Part shown: positions 26,325-38,190 of the stretch, one piece after another
How the letters are laid out: each line of letters begins with the position of its first letter
Numbering within the stretch: the first letter of the stretch is position 1
Notes under the pieces: generated by a model
What the model was told of the DNA's origin: nothing
Databases searched by the model: none
What the model saw: only the letters and a program-made list of their open reading frames with translations
Made by a program: the position numbers and the translations under genes
Source of the DNA: Chiloscyllium plagiosum
Lineage: Eukaryota
Reading direction: 5' to 3'
Length of the DNA: 64,000 bases
Assembly: GCF_004010195.1 (NCBI RefSeq)
Contig: NC_057718.1
Location: 75,319,300-75,383,299 of the forward strand

Positions 26325-27233
26325 TCAGATGACCTTAGCTGGGTGGGAGGATGAACTGTAAGAAGGATGCTGAGATGCTTCAGAGTGATTCAAGCAAGTT
26401 GAGTGAATAGGCAAATGCAAAGTAGATGAAGTAGGATTTGTACCAGTTTGGTAGCAAAAACTGAAAGAGGATTATTATCTAAATGCTAATAGATTGGGAA
26501 AGGGGGCAGCTGCAATGAAACATGGGTGTCCTAATATACCAATGGTTGAAAATGAGTGTACAGGTGCAGCAGTCAGTGAAGAGGGCAAATGGTATATTGA
26601 CCTTCATGCTGAAAGTATTTGAGGAAGAGAGCAGGGATGTTTTGCTACAATTATACAGGGCCTTGGTGAGACTGCACCTTGAGCAATTTTTGTAGTTTTG
26701 GCATGCTTATCAGTAGAAGAAAGTCCTGGCTATGGCGGGCCTGCAGAAAAGGTTTAATAGCCTGATTCCTCGGAAGGCTGGACTGATTTATGAAGAGATA
26801 CTGGATTGATTAGGACTATATTCTCTAAAGTTTAGAAGAATTAAGGTAGAATCTCATGGAAACTTTAAAAATGTTAACAGGAATAGACAAGGTAAATGCA
26901 GGAACAATATCCCGATGACAAGGGAGTCTAGAACCAGGGGTCACAGTCTAAGCATATGGATGGGCCAATATGGACTGAGATGAAGTAAAATTTCTCCACC
27001 CAGAGCGTGGTGAGACTGTGGAATTCACTACTAAAGAAAGCAATTGAGACCAAAACATTGTATCTTTTCAAGAATGAGTTGGATATAGTCCATGGGGAAA
27101 AAGAGATCAAAGGATAAGGGTGGAAAGCAGAAACAGTATTGAATTAGGAGATTGACCATGATCGTAATAAATGGCGAACCATGCTCAAGAAACGTACTCA
27201 GTGATATACTCCTCCTCCTAATTTCTATGTTAC
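26325..27233 (+). mobile_element. Decayed CR1 3' fragment
   Basis: LYRALVRLHLE-like DNA, tctagaaccaggggtcacag, tail ttctatgttac. Confidence 0.85.
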
Positions 27234-27263
27234 TATTTAGGTTTGTGGCCAAGCACAAATCCC

Positions 27264-28278
27264 AATCCCAGTTACCGCGCAGTAATGGCTTCTAATGGTT
27301 GTGACCAGTCAGCTACCGTGATTGGAAATGATCAACACTGGCTGGCTTTTTTTTTCCAAGTTGAATACAATTTATACAAAAGGAAATCAACAAATCCAGC
27401 CCTAATGAACAAGGCCATATGAGTCAGATGATATGTGCAATCCTGAAATGCCAAGAAAACAAAAGAAATGCTGATCTTGCCAAGCACATATAGCTCAACA
27501 GACCAAAGTATTAATGCTGTTTTTGCAAGTTTATCAAGAAATCATTTTAAGATGTCAGTTGGGAAATTCTTCTTTACAATATTATAACACAATAATATAA
27601 TTTCAGTATTCATATAACTCAAAAAATCACAAACTGAAATGAATCTATCAATTGGGTGACAGATCCGAAATTTCTTCTATTCAATAACATTAAATGTATC
27701 TGTTTTGAGGACAAAACAAACATCTCTTTTTAGGTGCTAGTTAATTTTCGGTTAAACACAATAAAATCAAATGTTAGGAATACAATTTGGAGTATGTTTC
27801 AAAAAATGATGATCTAAGAGGAGATGGAGGATGGGTACTGTTTCACATTCACCTGTGTGTGGAGTAAACTGACTACTCATTATGCTATCTCATATCTACT
27901 CCTGCAGATTATACTTCACATTAATATACCATGCAAGTACACCTATCTCTCCCTTTCTATGTAATGTCCACACATTAATCCCAGACGGGGAAAGAAAAAG
28001 TTCAACCAGAAGGTTGAATCTGTTGCCAGTCAGTGTGTGAAATCTGTTGGAAATGGTTAATCCCAGTTACCGTGCAGTAATGGCTTCTAATGGTTGTGAC
28101 CAGTCAGCTACCGTGATTAGAAATGATCAACACTGGCTGGCTTTTTTTTATTTTCCAAGTTGAATACAATTTGTACAAAAGGAAATCAGCAAATCCAGCC
28201 CTAATGAACAAGGCCATATGAGTCAGATGATATGTGCAACCCTGAAATGCCAAGAAAACAAAAGAAATTCTGACCTTG
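27264..28278 (+). repeat. About 215-bp dispersed duplication (27264-27478 vs 28059-28278)
   Basis: Near-identical non-TE-looking sequence, aatcccagttaccg...aaaagaaat.ctga.cttg. Confidence 0.95.
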
Positions 28279-29029
28279 GTTGTAAGTTTCAAACCTTTCT
28301 GGTAAAACATAATTTATTTAGACATTATATTAATCAGTTTTCTCACCATATCTAATCAAACTTGCCACATTAATTATCTCCCACACCACTCTGCATCTCT
28401 CATGTCTTATTTCCACCCTATTTTCGATATTTTCCTAATCAATCAGCTCAGACACCTTTAGAGTTGGTGGGACTTGAACATGGACCTCCCGGTTTGGAGG
28501 TAGGGATACTACACTAGAGCTCTCTCCACCCCATTTTACCATGCACCATTTCCAGAAACTACTCATCATTCAGCAGACATCCTAGAATTTACCAGAATCC
28601 CTTGCACCCATGCCATCTTTAAAAGTATACCCAGGTAACCACTGTCAGTCCAGAACTACCCTACATGGTTGCTGACCATTGACCTGGGTATGATAGACAG
28701 AGGAAGATTGATGATCTCCTTTGTAAGAAAGTTCTCAGAGGTCCTACTGGATAGATGGATCCCTTAGGACCAGCACTAGAAGAGACAAAACTAGATTATG
28801 AAAGACAAAGTTTGCCACCTGCTAAAGGTTAAAGGAATTTCAACTGCGTGAAGGCTGGTCAATATTCTTTCCCATTCTCTCAACATGAGTACCTCTATCT
28901 TCTCTCCAATACTTCACATTCATTCTATCACTGTACAGACCTTCACCAAAGCCCTTGCTCCACCATACTACTATTGCCTGCATAGTCCTCACTATCACCC
29001 ACCCCAAATCCTGACACCACTAATCCTGA

Positions 29030-29790
29030 GTTTGAGTTTAATTTATTGTTGTCACATGTACTGGGATACAATGAAAAGTGTTGCATTGTGTGCTATGCAG
29101 GCAGATTGTACCATACAAAATGCTTCAGAACAGAGTGTAGAATACAAAGCCACAAAGAAGATGTAGAGAGAGATCGATATTAACAATTGGGAGATTCATT
29201 CAAAGGTTTGATAACAGCAGGGAAGACGCTGCCCTTGAATCTGTTCATATTTGTATTCAAACTTTTTATATTTTCTACCCAAAAGAGGAGAATACAAGAC
29301 AGTATAATTGGGATGGGAGGGGTCTTTGTTTATGTTGATTGCTTTCTTGATATAGTGGGAAGTATAGATGGGTCAATGGATGGAAGGCTGATTTGCATGA
29401 TGGACTAAGTTATGTTCACAACTCGCTGAGTTTTTTGCGTTCTTGGGGAAAATAGTTACCATACCACATTGTGGTGCAAGCAGATAGGATGCTTTCAATG
29501 ATGCACCTCTAAAAATTGGTAAGAATCTTTGTAAAAATGCCAAATTTCCCTTAGCCTCCTGAGGTAGTAGAGGCTCTGATGTACTTTTTTGACCATCGCG
29601 GAATTTGGCTATACAGTTATGAGTATATGAGGAGTACAGTAGGGTGTTGAATACGCAGTCTTGCAGGACACTGGTATTGAGGATTATCATGGAAGAGGTG
29701 TTGTTGTCTATTCTTATTGATTGCAATCTATGGGTCAGGAAGTAAAAGATCTACTTACAGAGGGGGAGTCGAGACTTAAGTCTCCGAGTT
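29030..29790 (-). mobile_element. Rex1/Babar-like LINE remnant
   Basis: ORF 29373-29726 (QSIRIDNNTSSMIILNT..QDCVFNTLLYSSYTHNC) matches the Rex1-type RT region. The minus-strand 3' end reads acatgtgacaacaataaa. Confidence 0.75.
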
Positions 29791-30012
29791 TGCATGTTAT
29801 CGTGTGCTGTCTATTCACTCACTAACTTTAATAGCTGTGCCACTCTCTTCCATCTTCTGTAATGCCTATCTCTCTCTAATTCAATGAAGAAAACAACCCA
29901 TAACAGGGTAGAGACAGTCAAGATTGAACACCATCGTCTATATAAGTATATACAATGTTCGTTAGACATCATCTTTAGTATTATTTTTGGTGGCACATTA
30001 TAGGAAAGATAT

Positions 30013-30290
30013 TGTTATGAAGTTGAAGGTGTGTACTGTACCTTTAAAAGAGAGTGAAAGCTGGCAAGCACCAGTCATGTGACTGACTAACAGGCACAGA
30101 GTGTGCTGGAGAACTTAAAGATGTAACCTCAAGACGTAATCTTTGGCTGTAACCTCGGTACTGCAATTATTTTCACAGCAGTTCAAATTTAACCAAATTA
30201 TGCCCCAACGATCTGATATTTGGGTTATAGAAAAGCAGGCATTTTGGACAGTTAACCGGAAAGAGCACTATCTGCCATTTAGTTAGCAGA
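30013..30290 (+). mobile_element. Probable LTR fragment (same family as 48357-49016)
   Basis: Starts tgttatgaagttgaaggtgtgtactgtacctt, similar to the reverse complement of the 49016 end. Confidence 0.45.
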
Positions 30291-30319
30291 AGGGTTTACC
30301 GCTGTGTCATAATAATATG

Positions 30320-30720
30320 AATGTATTGGAGAGAGAGGAGGCCAAGAGGAAGAACTTTGATAAAGGGTTTCCAAATCATGAAAGGGCTGGATACAGTAGG
30401 TAGGGAGAAGCTATTTCCATTTATAAAGTGATCAAGAATGAAAGAGCAAAGATTTAAAGTGAAGTTCAAGTGAAGCAAAGGTGATGTGAGAAAAACCTTT
30501 CCACACAGTGAGTAGTTAGGCGATGGGAGGATGATGAGACAGTTGTGGAGGCAGTTTCAATTGAGGCACTGAACAGGTCATTGGATAATTATTTAGAAAG
30601 AAATGATGTGCAAAGGTATGGGGAAAAGCAGAAGATTGGCAATAGATAATGATACTTGTTTGATGACCCATTGCAAACACAATGAGCTGAGTGACCTCCT
30701 GTGTCACAGCCATTCTGTAA
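30320..30720 (+). mobile_element. Old CR1 3' fragment
   Basis: LIKGFQIMKGLD..GREKLFP-like DNA and a CR1-type 3' UTR. Confidence 0.7.
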
Positions 30721-30974
30721 TTCTCAAGGGCATCCCGGGATGGGTCATAAATGTTGATTTAGCCAGCATCACTCACATCCCATGAGCGAATAAAAAAGAA
30801 CTTACTGGACTTGGAACCCCAAAGGCCTGCTGGCAACAATGACAAGTTTCTAGGTTTTGTGCCAGGCTTTGGCTCTGCACTAAAAGCACAGCAAGACAGC
30901 CCAGTCCATGAGTTGGTGCATGATCCTGAGCACATAGTGTTTTTACAGCAGAATTACAGTGCTCAAAAAAGCAA

Positions 30975-31187
30975 AACAACATTATGGATGGTGGAAATCT
31001 GAAATAAAAACAGAAAGTGTTGCTGAAGCCCAGTAGATCTGACAGCTTATATGGAAAGAGAAACAGAATTAATGTTTCAAGTTTGACATGACTCTTCTTC
31101 AGAACATGTTCCTGAAGCATTAACTCTATTTCTCTCTCCAAAGATGTTGTCAGGTCTGCTGAGACTCTCCAGCACTTGCTGTTTATA
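30975..31187. mobile_element. Older PLE-derived fold-back element
   Basis: aacagaaagtgttgctgaag..cagtagatctgacagc pairs imperfectly with gatgttgtcaggtctgctgagactctccagcacttgctgttt. Confidence 0.65.
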
Positions 31188-31976
31188 CTTGCTGTAGTCG
31201 CTGGTGCAGCCTGACATGCAGCACTGAAATGCAGAAGTATGTGGGAAGTTCATTGGAGGTGTGCCACGAGAGTGCTCAGAGGATGGAACAAGTACGATGC
31301 TAATACTGTGGATGTGATATTATATGTGGCCAGTGCCTATGGAATCTGCCTTGAGGTGTCAGTGCCCACTTTCTGTGATCATGCAGTGTAAGTGGCGAGT
31401 TGAATCTGCAAGGTGCTCATTCTAATATCCTTGTTTGGTGTGTTTGGTAAAATGGGAGTCTGAATATTAATGAGGCATGTTGTGATGTTAACAAGGTGTT
31501 TATCAAGTTTTCATTTCTGTCAATTGGCATCTCCCTACTGCCTAGACAGAATCTCACTATCTCAGATGTGGAATGTGTAAGATGGCACAAGTTCCTCCCC
31601 AGGTGAGGTGAGCCTTGCTGCAATTACTTATTACCCAATTCAGCCACACATCTTGCTATAGCACACATTGCTCAGACCCCTGTAAGATTCTGCTTCATTG
31701 TTTGTTGCAAATGTCTTAGGATGCACTTAGTCTGCCATGGCCTGTGCCAAATTTTCTCATGCAATCTTCCATTTTTCACCTCGGTAATTATGCAACTGAG
31801 ATTTCCGATTATTTCTCAGGTAGAAGTGCTCACCACTGGCGACTGTTTCCAGCTTTCATGAACAGTACTTGAAGCTCAGCTGCACACCATTTCAAGTGTT
31901 GCAAGCTAGGAAGTGCCCCTCACACTGTGGGGCTGAAGTCTCAATACTCAAGGCATGACACTGAGGAAAGGTATAC

Positions 31977-32360
31977 TTGCTCATTGCTCCTCACGAAAAT
32001 AGTCTAGAAATGCAGGTTAATGGGGTAATAGAGAGGGAGGATTTTTTTTTTGTTCCTTTGTCTCAAGACCACCAAAATAGACCATGTCATCAGACCCTCA
32101 GCTCTATTCCTGATGAAGGGCTTTTGCCCGAAACATTGATTTTCCTGCTCCTCAGATGCTGTCTGACCTGCTGTGCTTTTCCAGCACCACTCTAATCTAG
32201 ACTCTGGTTTCCAGCATCTGCAGTCCTTGTTTTTACCATGTCATCAGACCTAACCAGCCTGGATACAATTAGAATTGTGGGTCAGTGCTGTGTCCTGGGT
32301 GAAAGGGAACACCCAGCAGTGCAGGAAGAAGGTCAGTGATCTTTTGTGCTCTGCAAAAAT
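31977..32360 (+). pseudogene. Harbinger Myb/SANT-like DNA-binding ORF fossil, split by a PLE insertion
   Basis: Removing the insert and one TSD copy restores the frame: SLEMQVNGVIERED..RPCHQT*PAWIQLELWVSAVSWVKGNTQQCRKKVSDLLCSAK. Confidence 0.7.
32097..32234 (+). mobile_element. PLE 3'-terminal fragment with a hammerhead core
   Basis: CTGATGA-A-GGGC-TTTT-GCCC-GAAAC at 32110-32134. 16-bp TSD accatgtcatcagacc at 32081-32096 and 32235-32250. Confidence 0.9.
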
Positions 32361-32486
32361 GTCAATGATTTCCTGCATGACAGGCATGACAAATTTCAGG
32401 CTCCTTGCTCCTTGCAAAGTAATAGATTTTGTCAGAGAAGAGTATAAACGCTCACGTGCGAGTGGAGAGACTTCATTAGCAATCAA

Positions 32487-32800
32487 GGTGGCACCGTGGC
32501 TCAGTGGTTAGCATGCCGCCAAGCACCCGGGTTCGATTCCACCAGAAGGCAACTGTCTGTATGGAGTTTGCAGATTATCCCCATGTCTGTGTGGGTTTGT
32601 TCCAGTGCTCCGGTTTCCTCCCACAGTCCAAAGATATGCAGATTAGGTGGATTGGCCATGCTAAATTGCCCATAGTGTCCCAGGATGTGCAGACTAGGTG
32701 GGTTTGCCATGGGAAATGCAGAGTTACAGGGCTAGGGTAGGTTAGCTCTTCAGAGGGTCAGTGTGGACTTGTGAGTTGAATGATCTGTTTCCACACTGCA
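32487..32800 (+). mobile_element. SINE (longer subfamily)
   Basis: gtggctcagtggttagca A box, gggttcgattcc B box, conserved SINE body. Confidence 0.9.
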
Positions 32801-33124
32801 TGAGCTTTTATGCATCTTTGACAATTAACTCTCTTCTCTCATGCCTGACGGCATGCTATCCACTGAGCCACGGTGCCACCCTTGATTGCTAATGAGGCAG
32901 GAACATCACCCAGTGAATCTCCACCAGGAAGAGGCCAGAGCTAGGGAGCCTCAGCTCTGGCTTTATCTCAGGGGAGGAAGTCACTAATCCCTCAGAAAGC
33001 TGCACCAGCAAGGCTTTCACTTGCACTCTCCACCAGTTCAGGCACTTTTACTGTATCTGGATTAGACTCAGGAGTACAAATCTAGTGAGCACATCAGTAC
33101 GTCATGGAAGAAATGCTCTGATAT

Positions 33125-35991
33125 CCAAAGAACAGACACCTACGATGGACGAAGACTCGCCATCTGAGGTAGTTTGGGCTGAGTTAGGAATAGGAAAGGT
33201 GAGGTCACCCTGTTAGGAGTTTTCTACAGGCCTCCTAATAGTCCAAGAGACGTAGAAGAAAGGATTGCGAGGATGATTCAGGAGAAGAGTGAAAGTAATA
33301 GGGTGGTTGTTATGGGGGACTTTAACTTTCCAGATATTGACTGGGAAAGCTATAGCTCGAGTTCGTTAGATGGGTCAGTGTTTGTCCAATGTGTGCAGGA
33401 GGGTTTCCTGACACAATCTGTAGACAGGCCAACAAGAGGTGAGGCCATATTGGATTTGGTTCTGGGTAACAAACCAGGCCAGGTGTTAGAATTGGAGGTA
33501 GGTGAGCACTTTGGGGACAGTGACCACAATTCGTGAATTTTTACTCTAGTGATGGAGAGGGATAAGTGTGCACTACAGGGCAAGAGTTATAGCTGGAGGC
33601 AGGGAAATTATGATGCGGTGAGGCACGACCTAGGATGCGAATCTTGGAAAAGTAGGCTTCAAGGCATGGGCACAATTGATATGTGGAGCTTGTTCAAGGA
33701 GCAACTATTGAGTGTCCTTGATAAGTATGTACCTGTCAAGCAGGGAGGAAAGGGTCGTGTGAGGGAGCCGTGGTTTAATAAAGAATTGGAATCCCTTGTT
33801 AAAGGGAAGAAGGCGGCCTATGTAAAGATGAGGCGTGAAGGTGCAATTGGGGCGATTGAGAGTTATAAGGTAGCCAGGAAGGACCTGAAGAGAGAGCTAA
33901 GAGCAGCAAGGAGGGGACATGAAAGGGCCTTAGTTGGTAGGATTAGGGAAAACCCTAAGGCTTTCTATAGGTATGACAGGAATAAAAGAATGACTAGAGT
34001 AGGAATAGGTCCAGTCAAGGATAGTAGGGGGAAGTTGCGTGTGGAGGCGGAAGAGATTGGGGAGACACTGAATGAATACTTTTCTTCAGTATTTACTCAG
34101 GAACAGGGCATTGTCGTCGATGTGAATACTGAGTCACAAATAAGTAGAATGGATGGCTGTGAGGTATGTAGAGAAGAGGTGTTGGAAATCCTGGAAAAGG
34201 TGAAAATAGATAAGTCCCCTGGGCCTGATGGCATTTATCCTAGGATTCTCTGGGAAGCAAGGGAGGAGATTGCAGAGCCATTGGCCTTGATTTTTATGTC
34301 CTCGCTGTCNNNNNNNNNNNNNNNNNNNNNNNNNNNNNNNNNNNNNNNNNNNNNNNNNNNNNNNNNNNNNNNNNNNNNNNNNNNNNNNNNNNNNNNNNNN
34401 NNNNNNNNNNNNNNNNNNNNNNNNNNNNNNNNNNNNNNNNNNNNNNNNNNNNNNNNNNNNNNNNNNNNNNNNNNNNNNNNNNNNNNNNNNNNNNNNNNNN
34501 NNNNNNNNNNNNNNNNNNNNNNNNNNNNNNNNNNNNNNNNNNNNNNNNNNNNNNNNNNNNNNNNNNNNNNNNNNNNNNNNNNNNNNNNNNNNNNNNNNNN
34601 NNNNNNNNNNNNNNNNNNNNNNNNNNNNNNNNNNNNNNNNNNNNNNNNNNNNNNNNNNNNNNNNNNNNNNNNNNNNNNNNNNNNNNNNNNNNNNNNNNNN
34701 NNNNNNNNNNNNNNNNNNNNNNNNNNNNNNNNNNNNNNNNNNNNNNNNNNNNNNNNNNNNNNNNNNNNNNNNNNNNNNNNNNNNNNNNNNNNNNNNNNNN
34801 NNNNNNNNNNNNNNNNNNNNNNNNNNNNNNNNNNNNNNNNNNNNNNNNNNNNNNNNNNNNNNNNNNNNNNNNNNNNNNNNNNNNNNNNNNNNNNNNNNNN
34901 NNNNNNNNNNNNNNNNNNNNNNNNNNNNNNNNNNNNNNNNNNNNNNNNNNNNNNNNNNNNNNNNNNNNNNNNNNNNNNNNNNNNNNNNNNNNNNNNNNNN
35001 NNNNNNNNNNNNNNNNNNNNNNNNNNNNNNNNNNNNNNNNNNNNNNNNNNNNNNNNNNNNNNNNNNNNNNNNNNNNNNNNNNNNNNNNNNNNNNNNNNNN
35101 NNNNNNNNNNNNNNNNNNNNNNNNNNNNNNNNNNNTCCAGATGCCTTTTAAATGTTGTAATTGTACCAGCCTCCACCACTTCCTCTGGCAGCTCATTCCA
35201 TACACGCACCACCCTCTGCATGAAAAAGTTGCTCCTTTGCAGATGGGGTACTGGGCTAATAGATGGGGTACTGGGCTAATGGTCGGATACTTGGTAGTGT
35301 GGATGAGCAGAGGGATCTTGGTGTCCATGTACACAGATCTCTGAAAGTTGCCACCCAGGTAAATAGTGCGGTGAAGGCGGCATATGGCGTACTGGCTTTT
35401 ATTGGTAGAGGAATTGAGTTCCGGAACCCTGAGGTCATGTTGCAGTTTTATAAGACTCTGGTGCAGCCTCATCTGGAGTATTGTGTGCAGTTTTGGTCGC
35501 CATATTATAGGAAGGATGTGGAGGCACTGGAGCGGGTGCAGAGGAGGTTTACCAGGATGTTGCCTGGTATGGTAGATAGATCGTACGAGGAAAGGCTGAG
35601 GCACTTGGGGCTGTTTTCATTGGAGAAAAGAAGGTTTAGGGGTGACTTGCTAGAGGTGTACAAGATGATTAGGGGTTTAGATAGGGTTAACCATGAGAAC
35701 GTTTTTCCATGTATTGAGTCAGCTATTACGAGGGGGCATAGCTTTAAATTAAGGGGTGGTAGGTATAGGACAGATGTTAGTGGTAGATTCTTTACTCAGC
35801 GAGTCGTGAGTTCATGGAATGCCCTGCCAGTAGCAGTGGTGGACTCTCCATCTTTATGGGCATTTAAACGTGCATTGGATAGGCATATGGAGGATAGTGG
35901 GCTAGTGTAGGTTAGGTGGGCTTGGATCGGCGCAACATCGAGGGCCAAAGGGCCTGTACTGCGTTGTATTATTCTATGTTCTATGTTCTAT
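33125..35991 (+). mobile_element. CR1 ORF2 (endonuclease to 3' tail), young subfamily shared with 1-1182, spanning a gap
   Basis: ORFs 33273, 33549 and 35263-35910; (TTCTATG)n tail. Confidence 0.9.
34310..35135. other. Assembly gap (N run)
   Basis: Run of n. Confidence 1.
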
Positions 35992-37409
35992 TCAGGCCAA
36001 AACAAGAGATGTAAGCCTGTTCTGAGCCATTAATCACTTGGTCAAGTGTATAATTGGGCACAGGCACGTCAGGCCGCTTTGTCAGAGACAGTCAATGAAC
36101 TGAAGCAAAGAATTGAGGAGTCCATTATTATAACATTAACATGTTGACTCCAGCATATATGTGTCTGGCTGTCCCAAAGGATTGGTTGATGATTGGTTGG
36201 TGCAACACAAATCCAACACACTCAGTGCCTGTGGATATGTACATGATCCTTCACTCTATCACTTTATCCATGGCTGCTCAACATCAATGGGAAGGTAAGA
36301 GGGAAACAAGGGACCTTGATCTCATTCTAAGTGTCCCTTTCTCTCCAGAAGACAGAGTGGTGCAAGCTGAGAGGGAGGAGGAGCACCCCAGTGGACCATC
36401 AAAAACTTCTTCTTAGGACACTTCAGAGATGCCAGGTTCCTTCATCTTTCCCTTCCTGTGATACTAAAACCTGCAGCTGAAAAATCAAAGCAGCATAAGC
36501 CTGCCTATGAGCAAGAAACTCTCATTGAGTCTCAGCCTTCTAGTACCAAAGGCACAAAAGTGTGACCATCCAGATCTTCCAAGCCCACACAGCAAGATTC
36601 CTCCACCCCTAACTGTGGAAGTAGAAATGGCATTTATATGTAGTGAAAAAGATGTAGATGCAAAAAGAAGGAAACTTACTGAGGGCACCATTGTTAATTA
36701 ACCTTTCACGTTTTAAAATGTATGTTCACTTGCACTGATAAAATGTCTCCTTGTAATATAATAGTGGCTACTAGAACTGGTTATGTCACACCCATGTGAA
36801 AGATAATCAGCCCCTGTTGACATCCCAAGGATGACAGAAGTTGCAATTGCCAAGCATTATCCATATCTCACAAGAAGCTGACTACTTGGCTGCAGGTGTC
36901 CTCAGATGGTCATTGATCCTTAGACCATAACGTTGTAGATTGTGATTAATGGCTGAGAACAGAGCTGCATCATTTGCCTGGGTCTGAGTAGATGTTTTTG
37001 GGTTCTTTGGGTATCAGAGCATTTCTTGAGGTGTTGCACTTTCATGTGAACAGCAGAAAGGTTAAACACTATCTTCAAGGAATGGGCTAGGGCTTGGCCC
37101 ACATACATCATTGATGATTCCACTGGAGGGAAAAGATCATTCTAGTATCAGCTTTTCAAGGGTTGAGGGGTGTACAACATGCATCTCACATCTCCACTCT
37201 CCCTCAATTCACAGTGATCTGTCAAGACCAACTGCACAAATTGCTATCCTTCACAAATTCAACACTGCCCTAGAGGATGCTCCAACTGAGCAGTATGTGT
37301 GTACCATGACACTTGAAGGATTACCAATAATGGAAGTGTCAAGGGGAAATTCTTCAGGATTCCTCAACCGGTCATGAGGAATTTCACTGTACAACACTTG
37401 CATATCATG

Positions 37410-38190
37410 GAACAAAGAACTGCGGATGCTGGAGATCTGAAACAAAAGTAGAAAATTGATGGCAAAACTCAGCCAGACTGGCAGCATTTATCCAAAGAAA
37501 ACAGAGTCTGAGACCTCACTACAGAAGGTGGCATCATCAGAACAGATGCATTGGAAATGGTGAAACTAGGTGAATGGGTTGGAGTCCTTACAGGAAGGGG
37601 AGGATGTATAGTCCAGGTAGCTGTGGGAGTCTGTCCCAAGAGACACTGGAACTGAAATGTTCCATGTACCCCACAAAGAGACAGGCCTAACTGGGGTCCA
37701 AGTGGGTACCCATTAACTTTGACTCAATAAAATGAGAGGAGATAAAGGAGAAGCAGTTCAAAGTAAAAGCAGGTAGAAACTGTGAACTGGAAATTTTGAA
37801 AATGACATAATGCTTCAAAGGAATCATGGATGTTGGTGGGAAGGGACTGGACAATATAAGAGTTCTATGAGGCAGGAGTAAGCAGAAACCAACTGCCCGG
37901 GCAGTCCTGTTTCTGAACTTCTGGAAGGAGATAGAAGTGGGCTATGCCAGGTTGGGAAATTACCAACTTGCAGACGGTGGGTGGGAGATCAAATGAGAAA
38001 TGAGATTAGCAACTGGATGGAATCAGGCTCTGAAGTTATTGAACTTGATGTTGAGTCCTAGAGGCTGCAGGGTCCCAAAGCAGAAGATGAAATGTTCTTC
38101 TTTGAGCTTGCACTGAGGCTCACTGGAGCACTACAGCTGGCCTGCAACAGAAATGTTGGCATGGGAACACGGTGGTGTGTTGAATGGTGT
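37410..38190 (-). mobile_element. Penelope-like element remnant (RT and endonuclease pieces)
   Basis: Minus-strand MGTH..P..ACLFVGYME-like RT motif (about 37660-37713) and EEHFIFCFGTLQPLGLNIKF (about 38040-38100). Confidence 0.75.

Noticed and set aside
33549..35604. Long ORFs of 576, 436 and 328 aa
   Set aside because: Inflated by the N gap; the real parts are CR1 ORF2 or its antisense.
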